Of a DNA stretch of 64,000 nucleotides, positions 12,101 through 24,759 are shown in pieces. Position numbers and translations under genes: made by a program. The first letter of the stretch is position 1. Each line of letters opens with the position of its first letter. This DNA is from Chiloscyllium plagiosum. Lineage: Eukaryota. The DNA lies in assembly GCF_004010195.1 (NCBI RefSeq), contig NC_057719.1, forward strand, positions 17,240,893 through 17,304,892. Reading direction: 5' to 3'. A model generated the notes under the pieces. It was not told the origin of the DNA. It did not search any database and saw only the letters and a list, made by a program, of their open reading frames with translations.

Positions 12101-13339
12101 ATCATCCACTGCAGCAACTCACCAAGGCTCCTTTGACAGCCACTTTCCAAACCATGTCTACCAGTTGGAAGGGGAAGGGTTTCAGGCATGAGAATCACCA
12201 ACTACAAAATCACTGCCAGGTCACACGCCATCCCGACTTGGAACTTTTGAGGTGAGTTTTCCCATTTGCAATTAATATGCGGTGGTGAGTGAGTTTATTG
12301 CGGCTGTGCCCACCATGACCCGGGCACTTTTTTCTCATGCCAGCCTTCAACTTTTCTCCTTGTTCATGATGCACCCGTGCATTCAGGTGCAGTTCTTGGG
12401 GAATTGCATAGCGAGAGGGGTGGAAGATCCATCCACTGGTGAGACGTTGTGGCTCACATTGCCCCTGGCATCATACAGAGCAAGCCAGACCCTCCAAACA
12501 TCTCTGAGGAAAGTACACAAACAGAAATTGTTGGATAAACTCAGTAGGTCTGGCAGAATCTGTGGAGAGAAAGCAGAGTTAGCACTTCAAGTCCAGTGAT
12601 ATTTCTGTTCTCAGTGTAAAAGCTAAGAGATGCATGTGTTATTGTTAGCACAAAAGCATCCTGAGTAAATGCATGACATCATCGGTGCCCCTAGCTCCAA
12701 AATAAAATGATGAGTTGGTCGTGGAACAGATGCGATGTTGTGGTGTTTTCGGTGGTTTGTGAATATATAGATGAGGAGTTGATAAGGATGGTGAGCATGA
12801 ATGAAGCAGGAGCATGGTGCAGAAGAAGGAGTTGCATAATGATCTGGAAAGGCATTTGGCAAATCACCCACATCGGGAAATTGTTCCATCTGAGCCACGG
12901 AGAGGAGATATTAATAGAGTGAGATGGGGCTCCAGTGAGATGCAAGTATATAGGCATAAGGCGGTCACCACTTAAGGGCAAGATTCTGAAGTTGGGGAAA
13001 AGTTTCAGACTTGGGAAAAAAATCAGAAAATTTCTCTTGCCGTCAAGAATTTAATTTTTTCATTCTTGTCCTGTTTTTGCACCATTCCCCTGGCCACATG
13101 AGGAAGGAGAAAATTCCATCTACTGTCACTATCATGCCAAAGATTCGTGATACCTTTCACAGCAGCACTGTGGGCATGCCAGCACCAGTTGGACTACAGC
13201 CTCTCAGGAAGACAGCTCATTATTGCCATTACAAGAGCAATTAGGGATGGGATCAATTGGTGACCTTGCCAGTAATGCCCACATCCCACAAACAAAATTT
13301 AAAAATAAAGGGAGCCATCAATGAATCTGTTCAGACTGT

Positions 13340-14095
13340 GAATGTAAACAGGAAGGCAGAGTACTGGGTCAATGGAAAGATTCTTGGGAGTATGGATGTG
13401 CAGAGGGATCTTGGAGTCCATGTATATAGATCCCTGAAAGTTGCCACCCAGGTTGATGGTGCTGTTAAGAAGGCATACGATGTGTTAGGTTTCATTCATA
13501 GAGGGATTGAGTTCTGGAGCTGCAATATCATGCTGCAACTATACAAAACGCTGGTGCGGCCGCACTTCGAATATTGTGTATAGTCTGGTCGCCATATTTC
13601 GGGAAGGATGTGGAAACACTGGAAAAGGTGCAGAGGAGATTTACCAGGATGTTGCCTGGTCTGGAGGAAAGGTCTTATGAGGAAAGGCTGAGAGACTTGA
13701 ACCTGTTCTCATTGGCAAGAAGAAGGCTAAGAGGGGATTTGATAAAGACATACAAGATGATCAGAGGATTAGATAGGGTAGACAGTGAAAGTCTTTTTCC
13801 GAGGATGATGACGTCTGTGTGTACGAGGGGGCATAACTACAAATTGAGGGGTGACAGATTTAAGACAGATGTCAGAGGAAGGTTTTTTATGCAGAGAGTG
13901 GTAAGGGCGTGGAATGCCCTGCCTGCTAATGTAGTCAACTCAGCCACATTAGGGAGATTTAAACAATCCTTAGATAAGCACATGGATGATTTTGGGATGG
14001 TGTAGAAGGACGGACAGAGAATAGTTCACAGGTCGGCGCAACATCGAGGGCTGAAGGGGCTGTTCTGCGCTGTATTATTCTATGTTCTATGTTCT
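13340..14095 (+). mobile_element. HER1/CR1 LINE 3' fragment (young)
   Basis: ORFs 13257-13583 and 13574-14005: QRDLGVHV, LYKTLVRPHFEYC, LEKVQRRFTRMLPG, RRRLRGDLI, FFMQRVVRAWNALP; (ttctatg)n tail. Confidence 0.93.
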
Positions 14096-14399
14096 AAACA
14101 TTTCTGTAAACATGGTGAAGCCAATATTTGGAGATGGGATAAGTCAGTAAGAAGTGGGGAGGATATCTGTTCACCCTGTGATACAAAGGGGACTGGTGTT
14201 CATTTTTTTTGTGGAGGGCCAGTGCAAACCATGCCTCCTATATTTAGTTCGCTGATCAACAGCAGAGCAAAGTCAGTGGAGGACACTGTTGCTTAAAGAC
14301 ACGCTGCTGCTCTATAAAGGTGAAGAGTCTTTTACCACGGACAAAAATTATTTTCTGGAGCAGAGAGCAGCCTGTCTTCAGTTGGCATGTCCAGATAGT

Positions 14400-14597
14400 T
14401 AAAAATTGCACAACACCAGGTTATAGTCCAACAGGTTTATTTGGAAGCACAAGCTTTTGGAGCGTTGCTCCTTCATCAGGCGGTGAAGGAGCAGCGCTCC
14501 AAAAGCGAATGCTTTCAAGTAAACCTGTTGGACTATAACCTGGTGTTGTGTGATTTTTAACTTTGTATACCCCAGTCCAACACTGGCATCTCTAAGT
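14400..14597 (+). mobile_element. PLE micro-insertion (second family), ~80-bp-arm hairpin with 14-bp TSD
   Basis: catgtccagatagt at 14386-14399 and 14598-14611; arms acaacaccaggttatagtccaacaggttt / aaacctgttggactataacctggtgttgt. Confidence 0.85.
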
Positions 14598-15566
14598 CAT
14601 GTCCAGATAGTGTGATGCTAATGGAACAAGAAGGGGTCCTCCTCCCCACTAATGGACAACAGGTACCCAGGACAGATATTCAGCAGTAATGAAGAAAGAT
14701 GGTTGAAGCAAATAGTGCTGTAGACCTCACAGAAGCTGCCTGCAGTGCAAAACAAAAGCTCATAACTAAGTTGAGACTTCCAAACATATATCTGCACCAT
14801 CCTACTTTAGCACCAACAAACTTTCCTATCCCACTTAGTATTCTCCTCAGAATGGACCACTTCACTCACACATTTCACTATGGGTTTGACAGAATCTTCT
14901 TTCCTGGTAAAGAACAGTTCGAAGTGTTTATTTAATTCCTCAGCTATGTATAATGCTTCCATACGTATATCCTTTCTTTAGTTCCTTGTCAATCCTAACT
15001 TCCTTTTAGTACCTCTTTCCTTTGTATTTAACTGTAGAAGACTTTGTACTCTGACCTCCATGAACTCCCAGTCTCTTCTCAGGTTCCTTCTTTGCTTCTA
15101 TTATTCATTCTTTTGCCTTCCCTCTACACTCTCTGTGTTAAAGCTTGTTTACGTTATCAACTTAATATCTGTGCAATCTTTTCCTGCTCCAAATTACTTT
15201 TTGCTCTTTCTTCACCCAGTCAGGCATCCCTGGCTTTCTTTGCCAGGCAATGTATTTCAGCTGTATATGAGCCACCATCTCTTTAAAGCAGCCCATTGTG
15301 TTGTTGGAATATTCTGCCCTATGTACTGATATGGCATTCACTTAAAGCATCAACGCTATTTGGGCATCTTCTCCAGTTGTCTGTTGTGTTGCTCGTCATT
15401 TGCTACTGGATTGCAGAATAGTCAGTCCTCTTTTGTTTATTTAGTTTTGTCAAATATCCGAGGCCTTTTGAAGCTGTGAATGAAAACTCTCTTGAATGTT
15501 TGCTCCCCCTTTTTCATCAACACTGTGGAAATCAACACCTTGTGTGGTGCACTGGGTGAGTTTAGA

Positions 15567-15803
15567 GTAAGTAAAGTGACCATAGTCCCAGAGGACTGCT
15601 CTCCCATTAGAGGGAGATGATTGGTGATAGTTTAACCTGAGGGTCACCATGCCTCAGGCAAGGGGAGAGGTTGAGAAGGGGGGACCTTCATGGTAACCTC
15701 AGCCACTATGGGAATTGAACCCATGCTGTTGGTGTCATTCCGTGTCACAAACCAGCTGCCCAGCCAACCAAGCTAACCGACCCTGACTGAGCTAACCGGC
15801 CCC
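15567..15803 (-). mobile_element. tRNA-derived SINE (non-HE1)
   Basis: Minus strand begins gggtcggttagcttggttggc...gggttcaattccc (A/B boxes) and ends ...ggactatggtcactttactt. Confidence 0.7.
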
Positions 15804-16254
15804 AGATGAATTTAAAGGATGTGCACTGAGTGACTCGACGGGCATAGGTCTGAAGATGCAAGTGGAAACAGTTGACTCGAGGGCAGGTTCACTTCTCACC
15901 TCTGCCAAAGAGATCAAAGGTGCAAAGTTTGAGAGCCAAATCATTAAAAAAGGAATTAGTTTCTGTTCATAAGCAATTACGTAAACATATCAGATTGCTT
16001 GACAGGGAACCTGCACTATATGTTGCAGAGCATGAATGCATCCATTGTCAGCTTAAGTGTAGGTCCAGCACATGTTATTAATAATCAACCATGCAGCATG
16101 TGCTCACCTCAATGTGCACTCAACAGAGAATTTGGGGCACCAATGATGCTATTTCTTAGAATTATATATTGCAGCTCTGCAAGTTGTTGAGCTCATCCGC
16201 CTCCTCCCACGGGCTCAGAGTTCTGAGTCTGCCTCTCACTCATTGCAGAGGTGC

Positions 16255-16910
16255 TGAAGGTGAGATGGCAGTTACCAGGAGAATAGGTATAAATCTACAG
16301 CTGGAGCATGATCAAATAGCAGCTGCCCACCAGGAGAATGGAAACCCTTGTGATTCATCTGGAGGAGCCCAGAGGGTGACATGGGTACTGCCATTGGCAC
16401 AGTAAACGTGAGGGAAGCTGCTTCCGCACAACCATAGGGAACGCAATGAAAGGGATTGCTCAAGAAATCATGGGTTTCAAATGCCTGTTCAATTCAAAGC
16501 ATTGGCTACTGTTGTTGTTGGTGTTTGCAGCAGCCCAATGACAGCCAGGAGCAGAGATGTTGAGGGCTGCAGTGATGTTGCCTGCAGAAGACATTGCTTT
16601 GCCAGATGTGTCCTCTGGTGGCAGGTCTGTTGCAGGAGATGACATGTCTCTGTGGCAGCTTCCCCTGGGAAAGTGCATCCCGCTTCTACATTGCTCCTCA
16701 GGGAACGGGCAGGCATGTTGGCCTGTGCGTACAAATCCTGTTGGGACAGTAAAGATTCCTGTGAGCTTGGTTCCTACTAATTGCTCTCCCTCCAGCTGCA
16801 GCCTTGTTTATTCTTTCATCCGACTCTTGCTTCTCTTCCTTCTCTTGACAGAGTGGAATTACTAGAAAGAAGCCCATGAAACAAAGGAAACTTGAGACCA
16901 TTCCACCCAT
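16255..16910 (-). pseudogene. Decayed PIF/Harbinger (HARBI1-like) DDE transposase
   Basis: Collinear motifs across frames: EQCRSGMHF/EAATETCHLLQ, GNITAALNISAPG, SFPHVYCANGSTHVTLWAP (cf. GFPxVxGAIDCTHVxIxAP), NHKGFHS..QLLFDH (cf. NRKGFHSxNVQLVCD), YSPGNCH (cf. PGSxHD). Confidence 0.8.
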
Positions 16911-18009
16911 GCACAATTTTGAACAGTCTCAAACACAAGTCAAAAAAGATCCAACAGAAAGTATCTTCCAGAAATTTCCAAAATTTTAACCAGAGAGAAA
17001 CTAAGGGTCATTGTATCAAGGATCATTGCGTGGAGGATGATGACCTCCTGCAACTTACCACCAACAATCTGTGGATAGAATCAGGGTCTAACATAGAATA
17101 GAATTGTAGAATTTCACAATACAGCAAGAAGTCATTCAACCCTTTGTGTCTAGACCAGCTCCCGATAGAGCTACCCAGCTAGTTCCACACTCCAGCCCTA
17201 TCTCCACAGTCCTCTAACATCATCGTCTTTCAGAACAGTAGCAGCGTGAGCACAGATAGAAACATATTTGTCTTTTGACTTCAATTTGCACTGACTGGAA
17301 ACCCACTCGAGCTCTGGCCACTGAACAGAAGCCTCCTTGAAAATTACATGAGACAGACAACCAGCAGTAAGCTAGTTGTATTTCCCAATGTGTTTTCAGG
17401 CTTATAGCCACCCTGTCTTGAGGTATAAACTGAATGGCAGTCTCGCCTGTTAATTATTGGGACAGTGATCTTCACAAAGCACACAGTCATCGGAAGTGAT
17501 TTTAGTTAAGGCTTAATTCCAGCTTTCAGCAGCCAAGTGGTATCCTCATCTTCCACATGGCTGTTAAGCTTTGGCAACATGAGATTAATTTTACATTCCA
17601 GGCACAGGTTGTGCATTCCCTCTCAAAAAGGCAATGGTGATAGACAGCAGAACGGAGAGCTTGACACCAAGAATAAAACGTGTAATGGCACTCCAGGAGA
17701 TTCACTTGGACCAGGCCCATATCTCTTCACAGTTCCACCAGAGCTAGTTGATTTTTAGACAAACTCTCTTACACAGAGGCTTGCTCATTCAAAAATGTTA
17801 TCCAGTCAGCTGAAATGGATGCTTGTTCCCTGTGGGCATCCATGGTTTTTTCCACAATAGCTCAGTTTAGACAGTGTCTGCTCCACATCCTTTCTCAGGA
17901 ACTGAAGAGTCATCTAGAATATAACTGTGCATTCACCCTGTTATCTTGCATCTTGCACATTTTGCATTGGATGGCACATATGAACTTATTGTATTTTCAT
18001 TCTGTTCTT

Positions 18010-18950
18010 TCATTAGTTGAAGGGATGTGAGCACTGCTAGCTAGGGCAACATTTATTAACCATCACAAATTTCCCTGGAGAAGGCGGTAGTGAATGGTCT
18101 TCTTGAACTTGGTCATTGGGATGTGGGGTTATCCACAGTATTGTTATGAAGGGAGCTCCAGGATTTTGACACAGCAGCAGTGAAGGAAGGCAATATAGTT
18201 CCAAGTTAGGGCGGAGTGTAGCTCAGAGGGGAACTTGCAAATGGTGGTGCCGCTCCTGTGCATCCGCTGCCTTTGACCTTGAGTTTGGAGATTTGGAGGA
18301 TGCTGTTGGAGGAGCCTTGGTGATTTATTGTTGTGCATCTCACAGACAATGCAGCCACTGTATGTCAGTGAAGGAAGTGAATGTTGAATGTGCTGGTTGG
18401 TGTGCTAATCAAAAGAGCTGCTTTATCCTTGATGGTGATGATCTTCTTGAATGTTGTTGGAGCTGCACTTGTTTAGGCCTGTTAAGTGGTGAACACACAT
18501 AGCAGAGAAATGAAATAAGCTACTTGCTGCAGAATAACTAGCCTTTGGCCTATTGTTGCAGCCATTGTGTTTATATGGCTTGTCCAGTTCAGTTTCTGGT
18601 CAATAGTAAACCAGAGGATATTGATATGGCAGACTCAACAATTGTTCATGCAATGGAATATCAAGAGATGGTGGATCAATTCTGTCTGGTTGGAGATGGT
18701 CATTTCCTGTGTGGTAGGATTATTATTAGTCAAAACTTAGAGGTTTTCGAAGGCTTGCTGAATGTGGACACAACTGTTTCATTACCTGAGGAGTTATCAC
18801 TAGTGTTGATCATTGTACAATCATCAGTGAACTTCTCCACATCTGACCTTAAGCAGAGAGCGAGGAAGTCTATTACCATGAGCTTCTTTTTGTCACAACT
18901 GATGAAACAGTTGAAGTTGGGTGAGCCATCTGTGGCCTCCAGAGAGGAAC
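18010..18950 (-). mobile_element. Old CR1/L2-clade LINE 3' fragment
   Basis: Tail gggatgtgagcactgctagctagggcaacattta...gagaaggcggtagtga; reverse copy of the family at 37050-37930. Confidence 0.6.
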
Positions 18951-21377
18951 AAAAGTATCAATGAAGAGTGGAAACCTAAAATTACCACTTGATCTAAATG
19001 TGAGCTGTGGACCTGAACAGCATTTTAACAAAGTCCTCCCAACAGGAGAAAATACCACCCATGTTTTTCTTGATGACCAGTTAAATGTTTGCAATGATAC
19101 ATTAATGCTTGGAGATAAGATAAAAACTGTGAATGTTGAAAGCCTGAAATGAGTATGGAATAAGTTGAAAACATTGCCTGGATTTTCTGAGGAATGGAAA
19201 TTGCACTCAGATTGAGGAAGTGTTGGGTCCTGGGAGGGTGGCACAGGAGGGATGTTGCATCCAAGGGGATAGTGAGGGTTTTGTCAGCATTGGCAACAGG
19301 CAATGTGTGTCAGGTAGAGGCAAGTACGGTATGTTGGGTCAGGGTGTGGGAGGGGGTATGAGGGCCATGTGGGAGGTATAATTGAAATGGGATGTAGTAA
19401 GTTGAAGTTTGGTCAGTTAATAGTTACCCAAGTGTTAAACTGAGTTTATAATTGCCAAACATTTCCTGGGTAACTATTTATTCAAATTCAGTGAAACACT
19501 CCAATGTATTAAATGCATACGTTTGGAGGATTCCAGGCCGAGGGAACTTGCCCTTTGGAATCTTCAATTTCCAAGTCACTTTCCTCACTTGCTACAGGGG
19601 GGCTCCATGTGGTTTGATGTACAATTCATACCTATGCTGAAGAAACAACTATCTGGCTATTGAGAAATGGAAAGGTAGAGCGGTTCAGTCAACATTGGAA
19701 AGATGGAAACTTTTCACTAGACTCTTTCACTTGAATTTATCTTTGTCTCTCAGATACTAAATAATTGTCGAGTTACAGCTTTGTTTTTAATGAAGAATGT
19801 ATCAAAGTCTATGGGCGCACTCAAAGTATGTGCACACAATTGCACACATAAAAGTGGGCAGTTGCACTCATAAACACTCTGGTGTTCACACACTGATTGA
19901 GACTTGTGCAACACACATGCACACACTCCTATGTGCATTGTGCATACCCACACACTTATAGGTGCACATAAATATATACACACATTCACGCTGGAAATTC
20001 AACACTTATTCTACATACTCAGATCAGGTTTGCAGAGCAAATGGATTATTACGACCAGCAAGAGTGACGGAATATGTGGACCACAGTTAATTAGAGGAAC
20101 AATTTGCAACTTTCTTTTGCCCACGAACCAAGTGAAAAAGAAATGAAAAATTGCTCTTCAAAACAAACACAGGAAGCATGGTGATGAAGAACTCATGGAT
20201 GTAAGATTGTCAAAAACGTTGAAACACAATTTATTTAAATGAACTCAAAAAATTAATATGTGGCTCTAAGGGTTTGGAGACTGGTTAATTCACTGCCAGT
20301 ATTTTTTTTCTTTTCAAACTGCAATAAACGATCCCAAAATGCGGTAAGAAATATTAAAAAGTTCCAGAGAAAAGAATAAAAATTGGTGCCAACTGTATCC
20401 TACGTATCACCTTGTTCTGACCTAGATTTTCTGATGGAAGCCAACTTATGTACTTCATGTAATTAAAAAAAATTATGCAAAAAATAATTCAGAGGGTCAC
20501 TGAGTTTTCATTAATTTGATGATAGCATCCTTAATGAGCAGGCCTGGCTGCAAAAAAAACGATTCATTGTTTGATAGTTTTGACTTATTTCCCTGCACTC
20601 CTTCCGATTTTCTCTCCTCGCTCCTCGCCCCAGGTGTCAGATCCCAGATAATCTCTCCATATATCCAGTGGAACTGGAAAAGAAAGGAAGAAATATCAAG
20701 CACAATGCAAAACCACTTCTAAAACGATGATGTACTCACTGGATGCAGTAAGGTTGCAAGCTCTTCACTTCATTAAAGGATGTTTATAGTTCTGTGTGAC
20801 CCAGAGTAAAATAGTCTCTTGAATCATTAGGCAAGTGCAAGAGCAGCAATGACCACAAGTCCACAGTTGTCACTGATTGTCAGCTCTGGGAAACAATCCA
20901 ATACAATGAGAACATTGAGTTTCAGAAGTGCAATTGGGTCACTTGCACATCTCTATAAACATTACTTTGTTTCCCTTCCTCTGAATGAATAGTGCAAGTA
21001 ACTGCCATTAAAATTTAGGATTCTATTTGATGTTCCTTTTGCTGAGTTATCTCAGTTAAAGATTTCAATGGGATTTAACAGCAAGAATTCTCAATAACTT
21101 GCAGATATCACTATAATGTCACTAAGCACTCCTGCCTCATACCCATGCTTCCTAACAGTACAACCACAGTAAGTCTACATTGCAACCGACGCCAGTAACA
21201 TTTTATTGTGAGCTGCAGACTGTCTAATGGCCAGGAGAGAGAAATATCAGAATATTGGTGGCTCACACCAAACTCTGCTCTTAGCCGCTGTATTTCAAAG
21301 GTTGGGTCAGGATAATAGCTTGTGTGGTTGAGTAAAACACATGGTAGCAAATTAGCCAATGCTTATTTCCATTAAAG

Positions 21378-21557
21378 TCTGACTTCTCCAGCTCACTCAC
21401 AGCAGAACCTGACTCTACCAGTTCCCGCTGTCTAGAATCTGATTCTTACAACTCACTGTCACCAGGTCTTCACTACTTTAGCTCATTCTCAATGGGATCT
21501 GATTCCTATAATTCACTCTCAGCCTGGACTGAGTCTTATGGCTCATTGTCAACTGAG
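21378..21557 (+). repeat. Degenerate 30-bp tandem repeat, 6 copies
   Basis: Units start 21378, 21408, 21438, 21468, 21498, 21528; consensus approx. tctgattcctacagctcactctca(n6); no indels. Confidence 0.8.
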
Positions 21558-21979
21558 CTAGTCACCATGGTCTGGATCACATAATTCTGTGTTTTGAAGG
21601 ACAAAGTAATGTAGTATCAGAAGTAGGTCATTCACTCTCTCAAACCTGCCATCTGGATAATGACTGATCATTTACTCCAATGACACATAACCCCGATATC
21701 CATCGTCTCAGTTTGCCTGTTATGATTTGGCAAATACCCAAAAACTTGATCTCTTGTCCCGTGCAAAATGCCACTTCCATTGACGCTCGGATCCTCCACA
21801 CTAAAGCATACTAAGTAATCTGGGAGGATTGTGTGCTGATAAACTCATTACATATGAATATCTTCCTTTGTCCTAATCATTTCAAATGTCAGACAAAAAA
21901 ATACACTGGTAAAGGTAAAATTTCAGGCTACAAAAATGCACTAGAGCTACCTAGAAGCACAAAAAGATTAATCTCTTCA

Positions 21980-22159
21980 GGGAGGAGAAAGTGAGGACTG
22001 CAGATGCTGGAGATCAGAGTCGAGAGTGTGGTGCTCGGAAAGCACAGCCAGTCAGGCAGCATCCGAGAAGCAGCAGAATCGACGTTCCATCCTCATCCCT
22101 GCTCCTGCTCCTCAGATCAGTCTGACTGGCTGTGCTTTTCTAGCACCACACTCTCGACG
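21980..22159 (-). mobile_element. PLE micro-insertion (hairpin) with 12-bp TSD
   Basis: ttaatctcttca at 21968-21979 and 22160-22171; arms gtcgagagtgtggtgct..aaagcacagccagtcag / ctgactggctgtgctttt..agcaccacactctcgac. Confidence 0.85.
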
Positions 22160-24759
22160 TTAATCTCTTCATTGACGCAGAACGAAAATTAGGTACTGTG
22201 GACTCACTGATTTCTGATCAGATATTCTGGCTCCCCACCTTGTGTAGTCCTTCAATGATTTCAAGTCCGAGAGATCTCCAGCCTGCCACTTAGTCAATCA
22301 AAGTTGGCCTTTCACAGCTCCCTGGTGACCAAGACTATCATCTAAAAGCTGCTCTATTGCTCTGTCCCTAGAAGCCATCAGCTATACTTTGGTCAAACTC
22401 ACAAGGAACAGATTAGGTAAGCAGTGGTAGGCAGTCTGAGCAGTTTTGGCTGTTGAGCATTTATTTCCATTGATTGAGTGAGTGAGTGAGGTGTTAGTCA
22501 AATTTGTGCTTTTTAAAAGCAGCTCTCCATTTGGGAGGTGATCCTGTTTGGCCGTTACTTACCATTGGCATGTGGTTGCAACTTAAAGAGAAGGTTCCAA
22601 AAACATTAAATGGAATGGCAGATATCAGTGGCAGGTGAATGTAATGTGTATAATACCAGTCTGGGTTGAGAATGTATTAGCAACTGTACTCAGCAGTTTA
22701 GAGACCATGACAATGGTTCACTCCAATTGACTCGTGCCTTTAGACATTATGCTGTTGGCAGTTTTCCGAGTGTGAAGATTTGAGTGTAGATTTTCCTTTA
22801 GAGGTCATTGGGTTGAGCACAGAGAAGAATGACAATGCCAGGGGCAATTGCATAGGAGAGAAGCAATGGCTGGTGACAGGGCAGGTCCTTGATAGTGAAA
22901 TGTGCCATCTTCCCAGCTTGCCTTCTACCCAGGCCATGCTCTGCAGCAGGCACTGAAGAAAAATAAAATTACGCGCGTCCTACAATTTTTGACCAGGTGG
23001 AGAAAGACATTGAAAAAGCACAGTATGCAACAACCAGCTGTTGCATGTCAAGTTAAAATAAAGCCATGCACGCACTTTGCAAAATCCATACGTGGATTTG
23101 TTGTCTGACAGATCAGACAAATTAGTACCCACCTCTCAGATGACATCTCCTCTGCACTGTGAGGGACATGCAGTTTCACCCGGGTTACTGGAGGCAGTAA
23201 CTTGTAGCTCATCTTTCTTTCACAAGTGGTATCATCATTTCTGATTCTGCTCCTTTACATTGGCAACATGTCTACTTCGTTGTAACTGAAAACATTGTGC
23301 AAGGGTTACAGACAGTGAAGAGGATGAAGAAAAAAAGTTCACAAAAATGATACAAAACAGATATTATAAATATCAGGAAAGAATGCAGGTCTTTTCTCCA
23401 AAAAAGCAGCACAATAGTGCTCTTGAAAATGATGAGGGGTTTGAGAAGGAAAATACAGAAACAAATGTTAGGAATAGTTTCAAGAGAGGACCAACAAGTC
23501 TGGTCCAATGCATTCATGGCTGAAGTTCTGTGTCAGCTCCACTCTCCTGCCCACTTCTTATATCCCATGATTCCAAGAAATCACAAGTTTGTTTCAGCCT
23601 TAAATATACCTGATGGCGGAGCATTCACAACCTTCTGATGTGCCCACTTATGGGGAGGGAAACCAAAATTGGGCACCATCACTATGAGGTTGCCAATAAA
23701 AAGCCTAATAAGGAATTCAGGCAAAAGTTTTATCCAGAACATGGTATGAATGTAGAATTTGCTACCATGTGGAGTAGTTAAAGTGAAGAACATAGATTCA
23801 TGGGAGGAAAAGGCTGAGTATAAGAGGTAGACAGGAAGAGAAAGGTATACTGATAAAGTGGCATATGAAGAAACTTACCTGTTGCAAAAATACTAGTGTG
23901 GATGAGTTGAACTGAATAGTCCATTTCCTCAAATTGTACGTAATTCTGTGCAATCTGGCATTTTTATGAACCTGTAGCAGCTGAGGTAAATTCAGCTGAG
24001 TTTTCCAAATTTAGCACTCTTGCTGGACTCTGCACTTAATGTTCATAAATTCATGCATTGACACGGATGCATACATGCACCGGACATATAGGAACAAATT
24101 GATGTCCTTTTGACCATGTGCTGCATCCCAACCACCAATTTCAACTTCTTCTGCCTTCTTCGTATCAGTATGTTCCCACCTGCAGTGCAATACTGAAGGA
24201 TTTGAAAAACATAGCACATTTCTTCTATTGGTGATTGAGATATTTTAATCTGCTTCGTTCTCAGTTTGAGTCTCACACATGCACACGCACAAGTTTAACT
24301 CTTAACAACGAAGTGATGATTTAATTGAGCTTTTGAAAGGCATAGCCAGTGAGCAAGTGGAGAAGGTGAGAATAAGGGGATATTAAAACTGTGAGTGAGT
24401 TGCTCAGAGCTGATATCAGGAAGCAATTCTTTCCTGAAAGGCGAGTAGAAATCCGAAATCCCCTTGCCTTCTAGAAGGCTCAGTGAATTTAAAGCGGAGT
24501 TTATGTTAGGCAATGGCATTAGGGTTACGGACTAATATTGGGGGGGGGGGGGGGAGGAGGTGCAAGATGCAGATAAACAATGATCATGCCTGATAACTGA
24601 ATGGCCTACTCCTATTCCTAGATCCCAAAATTCAGACTTTGCAACGAGGATGACAAGTGGTTTTTGGCTACAGTTTAAAAGAACAATCAGATCTTAAAAC
24701 ATTATCGAGATGTACAAATTTCCAACCAGATCGCCAATAGGAAGAGTTGAGTGGAAGAA

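Noticed and set aside
13257..14005. Two long clean ORFs as a host gene
   Set aside because: C-terminus of CR1/HER1 ORF2, frameshifted and 5'-truncated
14398..14561. Pre-miRNA or MITE interpretation of the long hairpins (also 44564 and 55336)
   Set aside because: The arms are PLE pLTR sequence also found uninverted and attached to a GIY-YIG ORF; asymmetric tails and variable 10-17 bp TSDs do not fit a TIR transposon
21378..21557. CRISPR-like array (also 50145-50295)
   Set aside because: Vertebrate DNA, degenerate tandem units, no identical repeats with unique spacers, no cas genes
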